Of a stretch of 64,000 nucleotides of DNA, positions 51,011 to 64,000 are shown piece by piece (the stretch's first letter is position 1; each line of letters begins with the position of its first letter). Made by a program: the position numbers and the translations under genes. Origin of the DNA: Octopus vulgaris (Eukaryota); the NCBI GenBank assembly GCA_951406725.2, contig OX597814.1, forward strand, positions 58,032,001 through 58,096,000, read 5' to 3'. The notes beneath the pieces were generated by a model that saw only the letters and a list, made by a program, of their open reading frames with translations, had not been told where the DNA came from and searched no databases.

Positions 51011-51282
51011 TATACTATGCATCTTCCATAGCAGCTTTCTCTCCGTAACTTACAAAGCCTTCCATTTACAAATATATGTAGTGTTAGGCAAGTATATATT
51101 TACTAAATTTGGCCAAAGTTGATGGGTGAGTATTGTCCCAAACGGGATGCGCAAGGAGGTGCGTCAGCGTCGATTTGTGGAGTCGATACTGGCTGGGAAT
51201 AGCTCATCGTTTTTCAGTCATTTGTTTGTATTTAAAAACCGTTGGTTCAGAACAGACAATAAAATATTATTATGACATATAC

Positions 51283-51374
<92 letters not shown>

Positions 51375-52220
51375 AATCATATGATTTTAATATACAGACA
51401 CTTTTCCCATTTATCCTTGAATTATGTACACACATTCAGATGTTATTTTTAAGCTACATGCATACATACATACAACTTAAAATATATTTTGGTTCTTACA
51501 CTTAAATTTTCTTTTCAAAATATGGTAGTGTATATTGCATTTTTTAACTTTACTATAACTTTTTTTAATAATGTGTTTTAAGTCCCGCATTGGCACTTGT
51601 GAGTATACAGTATTCTATGTATTTTCTGATAGTAGCTCAAACGAGGAAAAATTCGACGAGAATTTTACATTTTACATTTTAGGGGCAAAACAGTGGCCTC
51701 CAACTTAATGCGTACACACCGTCACTTGTTATATGAAAATATGACATTAAATTCAGAGGTCCTTGGAGCCTTGTTTTGGGACTATTACTAGACATGTTCA
51801 CTCAATCGCATTAGTCTTAATTTTGGACGCAAAAAGTATAGTCACATAATATTAATGAACGGACGTAGAGTGGAACCTACAAAAAGTTCTAAAGCAATCA
51901 CTTGATTTCCTCTATCACATTTGACTGATAAAAACAGCTTTGATTGTTTGTTATTGTTACTAGATATGTTTACTCTACCGAAATAGATTTAACTTAGGGC
52001 GACATCCATATTGTCACAGGATATAAAAGAGCGGATGCAGCGGGTGAACTTAGAAAACTTTTTAAACCAAATCACGTAAACATTAAAAACAGATATGAAT
52101 CTAAGCCATATATATTTATGTTTATATGTGTGTACCATTGTGTGTGAGTGCGTATGTATGTATGTATGTATGCATGTATGTATGTACATATATATACATA
52201 CATACATACATATATATATG

Positions 52221-52251
<31 letters not shown>

Positions 52252-52253
52252 GT

Positions 52254-52351
<98 letters not shown>

Positions 52352-52681
52352 GTATATACGTACTTGTTGCATGTTGCATTTGTCATCAGGGGTAATAATA
52401 GGGAATATGGAAAACGTAAAATAATCATAATATACCTTCTATAAAAATTTCTAGGAGGTTACACAAAATGATGACATTTTCAGATCATAAATGAATAAAA
52501 ACAATGTATTTTTTACTTTAAAATAAAATAATAAAATCCGATTAACAATACTCTAAAAGGAAACAGATATGAAGACAAAATTGCTCTCCGTGTTCATTTT
52601 ATATGTTGAAAGATTACACCACCTCTTTTTTTTCTTTCACTTTTCTTTTTTTCTTTTTCTCGTCCGCTTCTCCATCCCAGA

Positions 52682-52779
<98 letters not shown>

Positions 52780-53629
52780 CACTATCTATCTCACTATCTA
52801 TCTATATATCTATCTATCTATCTATCTATCTATCTAACGAAATTCAGTTGAATGTAATATGCAAATTGGCTGCTCATTTCGAAACGTAATCCCTTATGTT
52901 ATTTCAGAGTTTATGAAAGATAGATTTACAATGAATTGTCAACTTACAATTACTTATAAATGTTTTTTTTTTTTTAAATAATAACTATTTTATTTTCCAA
53001 TATGCTACTTTCATATATTAATTATGCCAGAGTGCCAAGAGATGAAAATAATCTATATTTATTTATCTTATCTCCTCGTCATCCCGATCCCGCCCCCTCT
53101 ATTTCTTATGATCGGCCCAGTGTGAGTGGGTAGAATTCTTTTATTCATTGGCTGTCGAGTTTGTGCATTCCACCTGCATATGTTACGTAAACGCTTTTAC
53201 ATTACGATCCAAAACGTGACTGTAAAAATCAAGCAACCAAAATATATATCGGCTATTATTATATGGTGATATACGCATATACATATCATATAGAGGATAC
53301 GCGCGCATAGGAGTGAGCGTTGCTATGCATATTGTGTTTTGTATAATTATAATGATATTTTCCATATTAAATAGAACCACGTTATTCACATTGTAAACAA
53401 ATATATATTAGACAAACGATCATCAACGTTAAAGTCATAAAAAGGTTTCGTACATTATTTTTGTTTTCAAAGAATTTCTATAAAGATATCAAACACTCTA
53501 ACTTCTGATTATAATATGAATATGATATACACACGCAAACACACAATCACACATGCAAACAAATGCACACATGAACACACATGCCCACACATGCACACAC
53601 ACACGCACACAAACATTCTTTTATAATTT

Positions 53630-53910
53630 TCTTTTATTCTTTTATTAGTTACAGTCATTTGACTGCGGTAATGCTGGAGCACCGCTTTGTTCGAACAAAT
53701 CGACCGCAGGACTCATTCTTTGTAAGCCTAGTACTTATTCTATTGGCCTCTTTTATCAAACCGCCAGGTTACAGGGAGTTAAACACAGACACACATTCAC
53801 AAACACACACATATATATACGATGGGCTTCTTTCAGTTTCCTTCCACCAAATTCACTCGCAATACATTGGTTGGCCCGAGCCTATACTAGAAAACACTTG
53901 CCCATCGTCC
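53630..53910 (-). mobile_element. SINE family B lacking the head
   Basis: cagtcatttgactgcggtaatgctggagcaccgc...cgatgggcttctttcagtttcc...gaaaacacttgccc. Confidence 0.8.
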
Positions 53911-54439
53911 CATATATATATATATATATGTATATATGTGTGTGTGCGTTTGTGTGTGTATACATATGTATATGATGTGTACCCGTATTATACACACACA
54001 CATAATATATTTGAATAAAAACATTAAATCACTTATGACTGGCTTGTCATCCAACTTAATTAGCTTAAACACTTACTGATGATTTATCATGAAGCTCGTA
54101 TAAAATTTATATAGTGCCTAGGCGACAATCCCACGTTTTTCTCCCCTCTCTCTTTTTCTTATACAAGCACACACATGTACATGTGTGTGTTCATTGTTCA
54201 CACATTTGTATATATATATGTGTGTGTGTGTGTTTGCGTGTATGTGCGCACGCGTGCTTTATAACGTACACTGTGCTTGAGTTCAAATTTATCTCATCTT
54301 ATATGGTAGTATATATTAGATTTACATCTGGGAAATGAATCCAACAACAGAAATCATCAGAGACGAAATTCTTGGAGAAATGTTTACAAAGTGAAATACC
54401 AAGTCATTAATACTGTATTAATTTTAATTTTTATTGAAT

Positions 54440-54700
54440 TGTATTCTGATATTCTGACCAATTGATAACAATTCCTCTGTCACGTCCGGATACATCAAGC
54501 AAAGCTCAACCATACCCCACATCCATGCCACTTTATAATACATATTACCCTTGACTACCATTAGTATTTTTCCTGCACCACCATTAGCAATAGATCCATC
54601 GCAATCATGAAAATCTAAAACAATAGCTAAATCATGTTTGCCATATGACTGCAGTCGCGTTGTTCTTTTTGTTTTTCTACTTATATGACAATACAATGCA
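54440..54700 (-). mobile_element. Degraded Merlin (IS1595/ISXO2-like) transposase fragment
   Basis: GGAGKIL...AWMWGMVE.LCLMYPD..EELLSIGQNIR echoes IGGPGKIVEIDE...QWVFGMVER...CF..VPDR..ETLL.II..NI; catalytic DE region appears deleted; no TIRs seen. Confidence 0.45.
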
Positions 54701-55224
54701 TTGCGATGCTAAAATGCTTAATCCCCCAATGATTTAGTCAGAAGAAAGCATGTCAAATATCTATTAGTAACCGGAAACCTTTCCAAAATTAGGAAATAAC
54801 ATAGCTAAAGTTCTGCAAATGAATATTAAGAATAATATAATCAATGATTTTATCATATACCCTTTTGTGAAAGTTGTTTAATGTGGAGGACACGATGGAA
54901 ATGAAAGCAAATATAGCAGCAAAATAATCCGCAACCATGAAAGGGAAACCGAATTATTTTATTTTCGTCATTTAACAGCCCAATGAGATAAAACAAATTA
55001 TCTCCATTATCGCATTTCTGCTCACATACAGAGACACTTAAACAAAATAGAAGTATCAGCAAGTTCGCCTGACCACACGCTTATATATATATATATATAT
55101 ATATATATAAGTAGTGTATATATATGAGATTAATAGAGTTATCGATTCGCACTGCAACTTCTCTCTAAGCACTGCACGCGCGAGTGTGTGGGCATCTGTA
55201 TATACGTGTGCGCGTGAGTGTAGG

Positions 55225-55263
<39 letters not shown>

Positions 55264-55879
55264 CTGTGAGTGAGGCAGTAACATAGAGACACACAGATTG
55301 GGAGAGGTAAGCGACAATTATCAGTGCATTTGTGTGCGTAATTCCATGTGGCTATTTTACCATCGTTTTTATTTCGCGTTATATCATTCATGATCGTGTA
55401 AATCTACAATCAGACATTTTCTTGTCGCGATTATTGTTGTCTATTTAGAAATAACTTGGGCTTCATGTAGTCTGATATATCAGTCATGGTTTTACAGATA
55501 TTGGTATATAAAATAAGGAAGGTTAGACATCTATTTCCAGCAAACAGAAGGACTGCACAGACGCTGGGTCGTGTGTTTACTCAGGCAGGATGTCTTAATC
55601 CACATGACACTGAATCATAATGCCCTTATGGTATAGTAGGTCAATGTGTAATAAGTCTACACTATATAAGTACGAGGAAGTCTTCATATTTTGTAGTTCA
55701 AATTTGGACGATCTCCAAGAAACTTGAAATATTCTCGAAGCAGATGGAATTGAAACCAAAACATTAATCTAAACTAGAAAAGTTCAAACAAGAAGGGAAC
55801 AAAATCAATTGTTTATCTAATTAAATAATGATATCAAACCCGATAACTAATGACTTTCATAAACGAGTAATGAAGGGGA

Positions 55880-56420
55880 TCAGTGGGAGTAATTGAGTAA
55901 TATATGGGCCCAGCCATTTCCCGGGAGCAAAGGCAATTCATGCACGGTCTGTAGCTCGTCCATGTCTATGAGTGACTTTATATTCAACAGCCGGTTGACA
56001 ATACTGGATGCATTCTAGGATATTTATCTGAATAGCAGCACCATATCATGTGCGAGATCAATAGTTCATTGTGGGACTCCACTGAACTTTTTGGTGAACA
56101 ATAACTGTTGGGGTATGCTAAAGAGATATCTGGCTTTGAAGAGAAATACCAGTCGTTGGAAATTGACTGCAGTTATGTAAGATTGCGTTAAATATAAACC
56201 GGTGTGTCAGGAAGACGAAATGCTATAATTTTAAATGTAAATATTCACAAATATTCATCCATGTCACGTATGATCCAATTACACAGTTTGTCGAAAACCT
56301 CCGCGGTGCAGATGTGATGCAGGATCTCTCAGCAGGCTTGTGCTACGGATGCCAAATCTCCTTGATCAGCAGCAGATAGGTCACTTATAAGTGTTTCAAA
56401 ATAAGGCATTTTGTACGAGT
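55880..56420 (-). mobile_element. Heavily degraded CR1/L2-group RT fragment
   Basis: Minus-strand remnants AEVFDKL (cf. KAFDKV), FSGVPQ*TI (cf. SGVPQGTI) and DELQT, in the expected order. Confidence 0.4.
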
Positions 56421-56973
56421 AGAGCTTGTTATCACGTATTACATTCATAAAATACAACTTGAACTTGTACCTCGAGACAACCTATTACTGTTTTGTGACT
56501 GACATTCGTCAAAGATAATAAAGTGCAACATTGTAGGATTAAATCACACAATGAAATTAATTGAGATTTAAAAACCATTTGTGTTATTTCAAACAATTCA
56601 AAAAAAACATTTTAAGTTTTATCAAAATGTCTACTATTTAATTTATTCTGAGATTAATATAATTTGCTTTGAAACTATTGTAATTTTGATTGCTAAGTTT
56701 CACAAGATCATTAAATTATTTCGATTTTATATATTGTTTTCAATTTACCTCCACTTGATTTAAATTTGTAAGAGCTTGTATTTATACCTCAAATAGCGTA
56801 AACTATGCAGTTTAAAGGAATTAAATAGAATTGAATTACTTAAACAAATATCAATAGCTAAATTGAGAAGTGTATTAGAAGGAGTAATAGCAAGTCTCAA
56901 CAAGAAGGACACAATTCAAACTGTCAAGTATATGAAGGAGTGGTTACGTACGCGTGCGCGCATAACTACTTAC

Positions 56974-57017
<44 letters not shown>

Positions 57018-57166
57018 AGGATAGATAGATAGTTATATCTATAACATAAATATATATATTTGTATATATATTGTGTATACATTAACGTATTTGCATATAT
57101 GTATATATACACACACATATCTCTCTCTATATATACATATCTGCATATATATATATATATATATAC

Positions 57167-57239
<73 letters not shown>

Positions 57240-57284
57240 AATATGTATATATTTGCATATATGCTGACATAATATATTATAGTA

Positions 57285-57353
<69 letters not shown>

Positions 57354-57381
57354 CATGCATACATACATGCATACATACATA

Positions 57382-57645
57382 CTGTGCTGCAGTGGTGGAA
57401 AAGTTAAACTTCCTGCAATCCCCCAAACTCCAGAGCCATTGAAGGAAATTGTTGTCATCAACTGACCAAGATTTCAAACACTTCTAAAACAATATTAGAC
57501 AACACAATGCTGGACTAAAGATGACATCATTTAGAGCCACAAGAGATTTAACTGAGTCAGGATTCCTGCAAACATTCAAGATCCAAGGTTAGATTTACCA
57601 TCGCATAGGCTCTCTACTACCTCTGTCAAATGAATCACCAAAATC
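57382..57645 (+). mobile_element. Helitron RepHel N-terminal coding fragment
   Basis: [21 protein letters not shown] / [26 protein letters not shown]...GFLQTFKIQG*IYHRIGSLLP matches the conserved Helitron CC..GKV.L...HFL.NIR.YN..FQMTSFG...TFKIQGQIYHR.GSLLP block. Confidence 0.88.
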
Positions 57646-57905
57646 GGTCTTTCATTGTTTATAATCTGTACCTGTTTGTTGGTTACGAAACAAGCTACAC
57701 AAAACAGGTTTTTGAATTACATGTATTTTCTTTATATAAATATGAGTTGAAAACTTACTTTTAACATTTCTCTTAATATCTATCTTCCATGCGGGCATGC
57801 GTTGGACAGTTATTAATATAGAATGTTGGTATCTCTGCCGGCATTTAAAAATTTCCTTATACTTTTTAACTCTGTATTTTCCTGTATTATAAATATATAT
57901 ATATA

Positions 57906-59795
57906 CTCAATCCCAAAGTGTTCTTTTCATTTGCAAAAAAACACAGTCACTGGTTCTACTGTTGGCCCTCTGATTGATGAAAATGGTACTCTTCAAGACA
58001 ATGCCAAAACCATGGGAGAGATATTGCAGAAACAATATTGCTCTGTTTTCAGCAATCCTGATATGACTGATCTGGGCTGTATCAGTGATGTTACTCCCCA
58101 ATACACTTTATCGGGCATAACATTTGGCGCTTCTGATGTCTTAGCAGCAATAAAGGAAATGAAGCACAATTCAGCAGTAGGTCCCGATAAGTTCCCTGCT
58201 TGTGTCTTGAAGATGTGTCAACACCAACTTACACCCCCTCTAGCCAATCTGTGGTGGAACTCACTGGATGCTGGATATATAGCAGAAGACCTTCTATACC
58301 AGTCTGTTGTCCCAGTTTTCAAAAAGGAAACAAATCGCTTGCCGTGAATTACTGTCCAATCTCACTCACCTCTCATATCATTAAGGTATTTGAGAGAGTG
58401 CTGAGATCGCGTATGACTCACTTCCTTGAGAGTAATAATATGCTGAACTCCAACCAGCATGGATTCCGTAATGGAAGAGATTGCCTGACGCAGCTACTTC
58501 ATCATTTTGATGACATTTTGAGAGCCTTGGGAGAGGGTTCCAAAACTGACGTCATCTACCTTGATTTCAGCAAGGCCTTTGACAGGGTTGATCATAAGAT
58601 CCTTTTGAGAAAGCTGTCCAATATTGGTGTCACTGGAAAGCTGCTGCAGTGGATCAAGTGCTTCCTGTCTAACAGAACCCAACATGTTGTAGTCAAAGGA
58701 GTCAAATCCAGCCCAGCCAAAGTCAGCAGTGGTGTCCCACAAGGCGCTGTGTTGGGCCCACTTCTCTTCATCATCTATTAATGATATTACTGACACCATC
58801 AAACACAGCAACATCAGAAACTTCGCTGATGATTCCAAGCTCCAGAAGGTCATCAATGGCTTGGATGACCGTAAAAGCCTTCAGTCAGACCTACTGGCTG
58901 ATGTCCAATGGGCGGAAAAGAACAACATGTTGCTAAACAAAGACAAATTCGAACTGATCCACTTTGGAAGGGAGGACGCTCTAAAACTACCATACTCCCT
59001 TCCTTCTGGAGAAATTCTCATGGCGTCTAACAACATCAGAGACTTGGGAGTAACAGTGGACAACAAAATAATCTGGGCTACACATATAAGCAGCAAAGTT
59101 GACATGGCCCGCAGAATGTGTTCCTGGATTCTCAGAACCTTCCAGTCGAGAGATTCCCAAACCATTATCCTTCTCTTCTCCTCTTTTGCCCGACCCCACC
59201 TTGAATACTGCTGTCCACTGTGGTCTCCCTACACAAAAAGAATATTATGAGTATTGAAGCTCCCCAAAGGTCAATCACAAAAAAGATAGATGGCATGTCA
59301 GACCTTGACTACTGGGGTAGACTAGAGAAACTGAAACTCTATTCACTCCAACGACGCCGTGAACGCTACATTATCTGTATGATGTGGAAAATACTCCATC
59401 AGCACTGTCCAAATGATGTTGGCATCACCTTCAAAATACACCCAACGCTTGGACCACGTGCCATCCGTCCACAACAAAAATCTGCATCGCATCACATAAC
59501 GACAATACGGCACAATTATTTCACCTCAATTGGACCCGCTCTCTTCAACATTACACCAGGACACGTCAAAACAGAAACTGACCACACAAAATTCAAGAAG
59601 TCTTTGGACAAATTCCCTGAAACAGTCCCGGACAAACCACCCACACCCGGATATGTCTTCGCAAACAATAACTCTCTGCTCGAATGGGCCTCGGTGCCCA
59701 AATCCTGAATTGAAAGACTTCGCCAGGCGGTGCTATTAAGTTAGACATGGCCTGGGCCAATACTGGCCAAAACCTTTCTAAGTTATTCTAAGTTA
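57906..59795 (+). mobile_element. 5'-truncated CR1-group LINE (RT to 3' end) with several frameshifts
   Basis: NPKVFFSFAKK...GPDKFP...PVFKKG..NYCPISLTSHIIKVFER...NQHGFRNGRDCLTQLL...DVIYLDFSKAFDRVDH...SGVPQGAVLGPLLFIIYIND...FADDSKL...RDLGV...RPHLEYCCPLWSP...LYSLQRRRERY; 3' hairpin ggccaatactggcc; tail (TTCTAAGTTA)2; (TA)n on both sides. Confidence 0.95.
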
Positions 59796-60049
59796 TATAT
59801 ATATATATATATATATATATGCATATGTGTATATATGATATTTATATATATATATATACTTAATTTGTTATGTATATACATACATATATGTGTGTGCGCA
59901 TGCCTGTATTTTAAAAATAACATTTAAACAGTAAATTCGCAATTTGTAGAATTTTTGTCGTATTTTACGTCTTATTTCCTCCTGAATTCTTCATTCATTT
60001 CATAGTACTCGATTGCCACTTTTATAAATTTAGGGCACATTTACAAAAG

Positions 60050-60260
60050 TCTTCACCCGACAACTCTGTGAATGTTCCAGCGAGACTTCTCCCAAGATTA
60101 TGAACAATTGATATTTTAAGGAAATTTCCTACAAATTGTTTTTAGATGATGTAATTATAATTTCCTCGGAATTTGCGAGAGAAATCCTATTCGGAGATCT
60201 GTAGGGAGAAGACTTTCAGATAATTCACTCGTTTCGAATTTATTTCCTCACAACCTTCAG
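60050..60260 (+). mobile_element. Possible degraded LTR-retrotransposon (Gypsy-like) RT fragment
   Basis: NVPA..RL.MNN / VFLDDVIIIS remnants (cf. NAPATFQRLMN...VYLDDIII). Confidence 0.35.
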
Positions 60261-61356
60261 AAAAATGTATATTTGAATGATTTTTTTAATCAAAAAGCTC
60301 TCAGATAGCGTTGATTAAAATTATACTGGAATTTAGTGTGAAACAAATATTGAGTGGGAACGCATATTTCTAGTTTCTTGAATTTCTTTTCTCGTACTTT
60401 TTGATGTGCACTTTGTGTGCCTCAAGATCCCAATTATTTCTAGCATATTAAATGACAACATTTAGGAGAGGTTACCTTTAAGTTTGTTTCAAAGAGAGAT
60501 TAAGATATAAAATAATGATTATATTTATGTATTTAATAATTAGCGTTAGCATTGTATTCACCTTTAAAAAATCATGGCTTCCTGAGAATTTTGGGGAAAG
60601 GATGGAAGATTCCCCCAAAGTAGATTTATGTTTTACGACACAATTCTAATGTGCAACATCAAAACTTATGAGGTAACAAATTCAAGATGCATAAAATATC
60701 CGCCTCACTAATGTTACTAATAATAAATTCCTATAAAATCATAAGATACGGTATCTGACAGGTAGTTGTACAAAAGTTTATACAAAAAAACAGCATTTTC
60801 ATAAATTTATGAGGAGACAAAGCCAATGTCTCGACACACTTCTTATACAGTAGCATAAAGCATTAAGTTTAAAAAAACAGTATGTTGCAGTGTAAAGTAT
60901 GAGAGAGTGAATAAAAAATATATTTAAATTGTGAAGCTGAAGCTTTCAATAATGAACGAGGTATATCGCAAAAATTCGAAAAAAAAGATAACCACAGCTG
61001 TATTATGACATCATTGCAACCAAGAGTTGTCAAGTTATAATTAAATTCTGCTTTTTCTTCTTTTTCTTTATATTTTGCTTGAAATTTTCAATACATTTCT
61101 ATTGGGGTGTTCTAATTTTCTGATTTCACCAATAAATACCCAGTCAATAATTATCTAGTAATTTATTTCGGGAAACCACATGAAAAGTCAATCTTTCGCT
61201 CTAGGGATTTATAAAGGCGTAATTGGAAGTAAAAAATAAAGTTAAGAATGTATAAAAATAGGCCTAGCTATCACGAATAAATGAAAGAAATTAATAATTG
61301 CTTAAGAATAGGTTATTACACGTCATTAATATTGATTTCGATTTTACATTTCGCAA

Positions 61357-61489
<133 letters not shown>

Positions 61490-61529
61490 CATATATATAT
61501 ATAAATATACATATACATACATATATTTT

Positions 61530-61766
61530 TCTTCTTTCAGTCATTTGGCTTATTTTAAAATCCTGAATGAAATTCTATTGCTGTTTTTTGCTGAACTTAT
61601 CGGAACAAGAAAAATACTAACACTCGTTATCAAACAGTGAAAGTGAGTAACACGCACACACAATGACAGACATGTATATACCTCTGTAAGAAAAGTTACC
61701 GCACCGTGTGACTGAAATCGAAAGCCACAGGTGGTAGTGAGCTCCTTAACTACGCGGCCATGCCTA
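61530..61766 (-). mobile_element. SINE family B, degraded and internally deleted
   Basis: tttcagtcatttggc...gctgaactt...gtgtgactgaaatcgaaagccacaggtggtagtgagctccttaactacgcggccatgcct. Confidence 0.65.
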
Positions 61767-62427
61767 TAGAAAACGAATATGTTTTGCACTTAATCAGTAA
61801 TAGATAATTTTTATTAATATTTCACTAATAATTTACACAATTAAAAACAATCACATCTTATACGTTTTTTTTCTGAAAATGAAAATGGAGGGAAGTTAAT
61901 ACATTTGTAAGTCATTCAAATACATATGCAAAGTAGCATTTTACATACATAGACAAATAATTTTGATTTAAATGTTTTATCTTTACGTCTGAAAATGTAG
62001 TCTTAATGAAAGTGAGATGTGGAAGACACACTTAAAGGACAAAAATGCATTTAGAAAACACCTCGTCAGCTAAATTACTTGGGCTTCGGCGTACGGATAA
62101 CAGTGCTATTCAAATGGGGAGTAGCAGTAATTATAATATCAATATCATCCTAAGAAGAAGGGTGTAGAAAATATCTTCCATCATAACACTAACTGATAAA
62201 GAGAGAGAATAGAATGTGCTAACGATAAAGTATACAATAGAAGAAAGAATGAAATGAAAACAAAGTGGTATGCAGAGTAAGGGTAGCTCCAGTGTACAAG
62301 TATACATATATTTACGATACAAGTTTGCAGTGTTATTTTGTTTTGAATATTAACAGTTCTTCAGAGCAAAATTTCTCAGAGTTTGCTTCAATTTAAGGTC
62401 TCTGACAGTTACTCTCACGCGGTTTGT

Positions 62428-62760
<333 letters not shown>

Positions 62761-63099
62761 ACAACGTTGTTTCACAACTCAATTTGATGATTTTTATGTG
62801 TTCTGTTTCAGCAACAACTTGATGCATTGGTAAACAGTCAGCGGCGTTGGAATACAAAAATATCAACATTGTAGTTGAGGAAAAATTAACTGACACAGAG
62901 AACTGGAAGCCATTTGAATATTCCTAAAAAATTATCTGTATCATCATTATTTGCAATGGCTATCAAATTGCCGATATCATGTTTGTTAGTCTATGTTTTG
63001 TGAACACTGTATCAGGTGTAAGACGTCACATGAATGTCTGCAATGCAAATTCAGATTCTGACTGCGTCCGCCTACCAGTGTTTTTTCAGCAACTAATGA

Positions 63100-63631
<532 letters not shown>

Positions 63632-63656
63632 CTATCTATGTATCTATCTATCTATA

Positions 63657-63722
<66 letters not shown>

Positions 63723-63759
63723 ATCTATCTGTCTATATATATACATATATATATAAATA

Positions 63760-63809
<50 letters not shown>

Positions 63810-64000
63810 ATCTATCTATCTATCTATCTATCTATCTGTCTATATATATATATATATAAATATATATAATACCTCGTCACCGTTGTGTTTTATTCCCTAA
63901 GCAAGCATATGTTATGGTGATCTTTCAAGGTTATTTGCCAATGAGCGTGTGTGGTGATGACTTAATGCATCCGCATCATACAACAACCAAACTATAAAAC

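Noticed and set aside
54070-54108. Plus-strand ctgatga-tttatcat-gaag-ctcg-ta as a hammerhead
   Set aside because: GAAG replaces GAAA, stem II is essentially absent and stem I is only 3 bp; at best a decayed relic.
54853-55062. ORF with a signal-peptide-like, Cys-rich start (LLILLFCLSVSVCEQKC)
   Set aside because: It begins at TTG rather than ATG, abuts a (TA)n tract and shows no recognisable family pattern.

Overview
AT-rich, microsatellite-dense eukaryotic DNA with no confidently identifiable host protein-coding gene. It reads as intergenic or large-intron sequence. The SINE families and the repeat landscape look like an octopus/coleoid cephalopod genome (inference from recalled repeat families, not from a search). 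Almost all ORFs in the supplied track are microsatellite artefacts or transposon fragments. Real content: (1) several families of restriction-like-endonuclease non-LTR retrotransposons (R4/Dong type) and a ~510-560 bp non-coding unit, repeatedly inserted in (AAT)n tracts; (2) a 5'-truncated CR1-group LINE, a bipartite RTE derivative and Penelope-like fragments; (3) a full-length frameshifted mariner whose empty site survives in a neighbouring duplication, plus mariner MITEs and maT, Tigger, Merlin and Helitron remnants; (4) at least three tRNA-derived SINE families, several copies with target-site duplications; (5) a tRNA-Asn pseudogene; (6) a minus-strand type I hammerhead ribozyme with an intact catalytic core, next to a ~100 bp palindrome. 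I see no clear evidence of a wholly new biological system. The best leads are the hammerhead/palindrome module, the (AAT)n-associated retroelement cluster, and several junctions that record integration mechanism.
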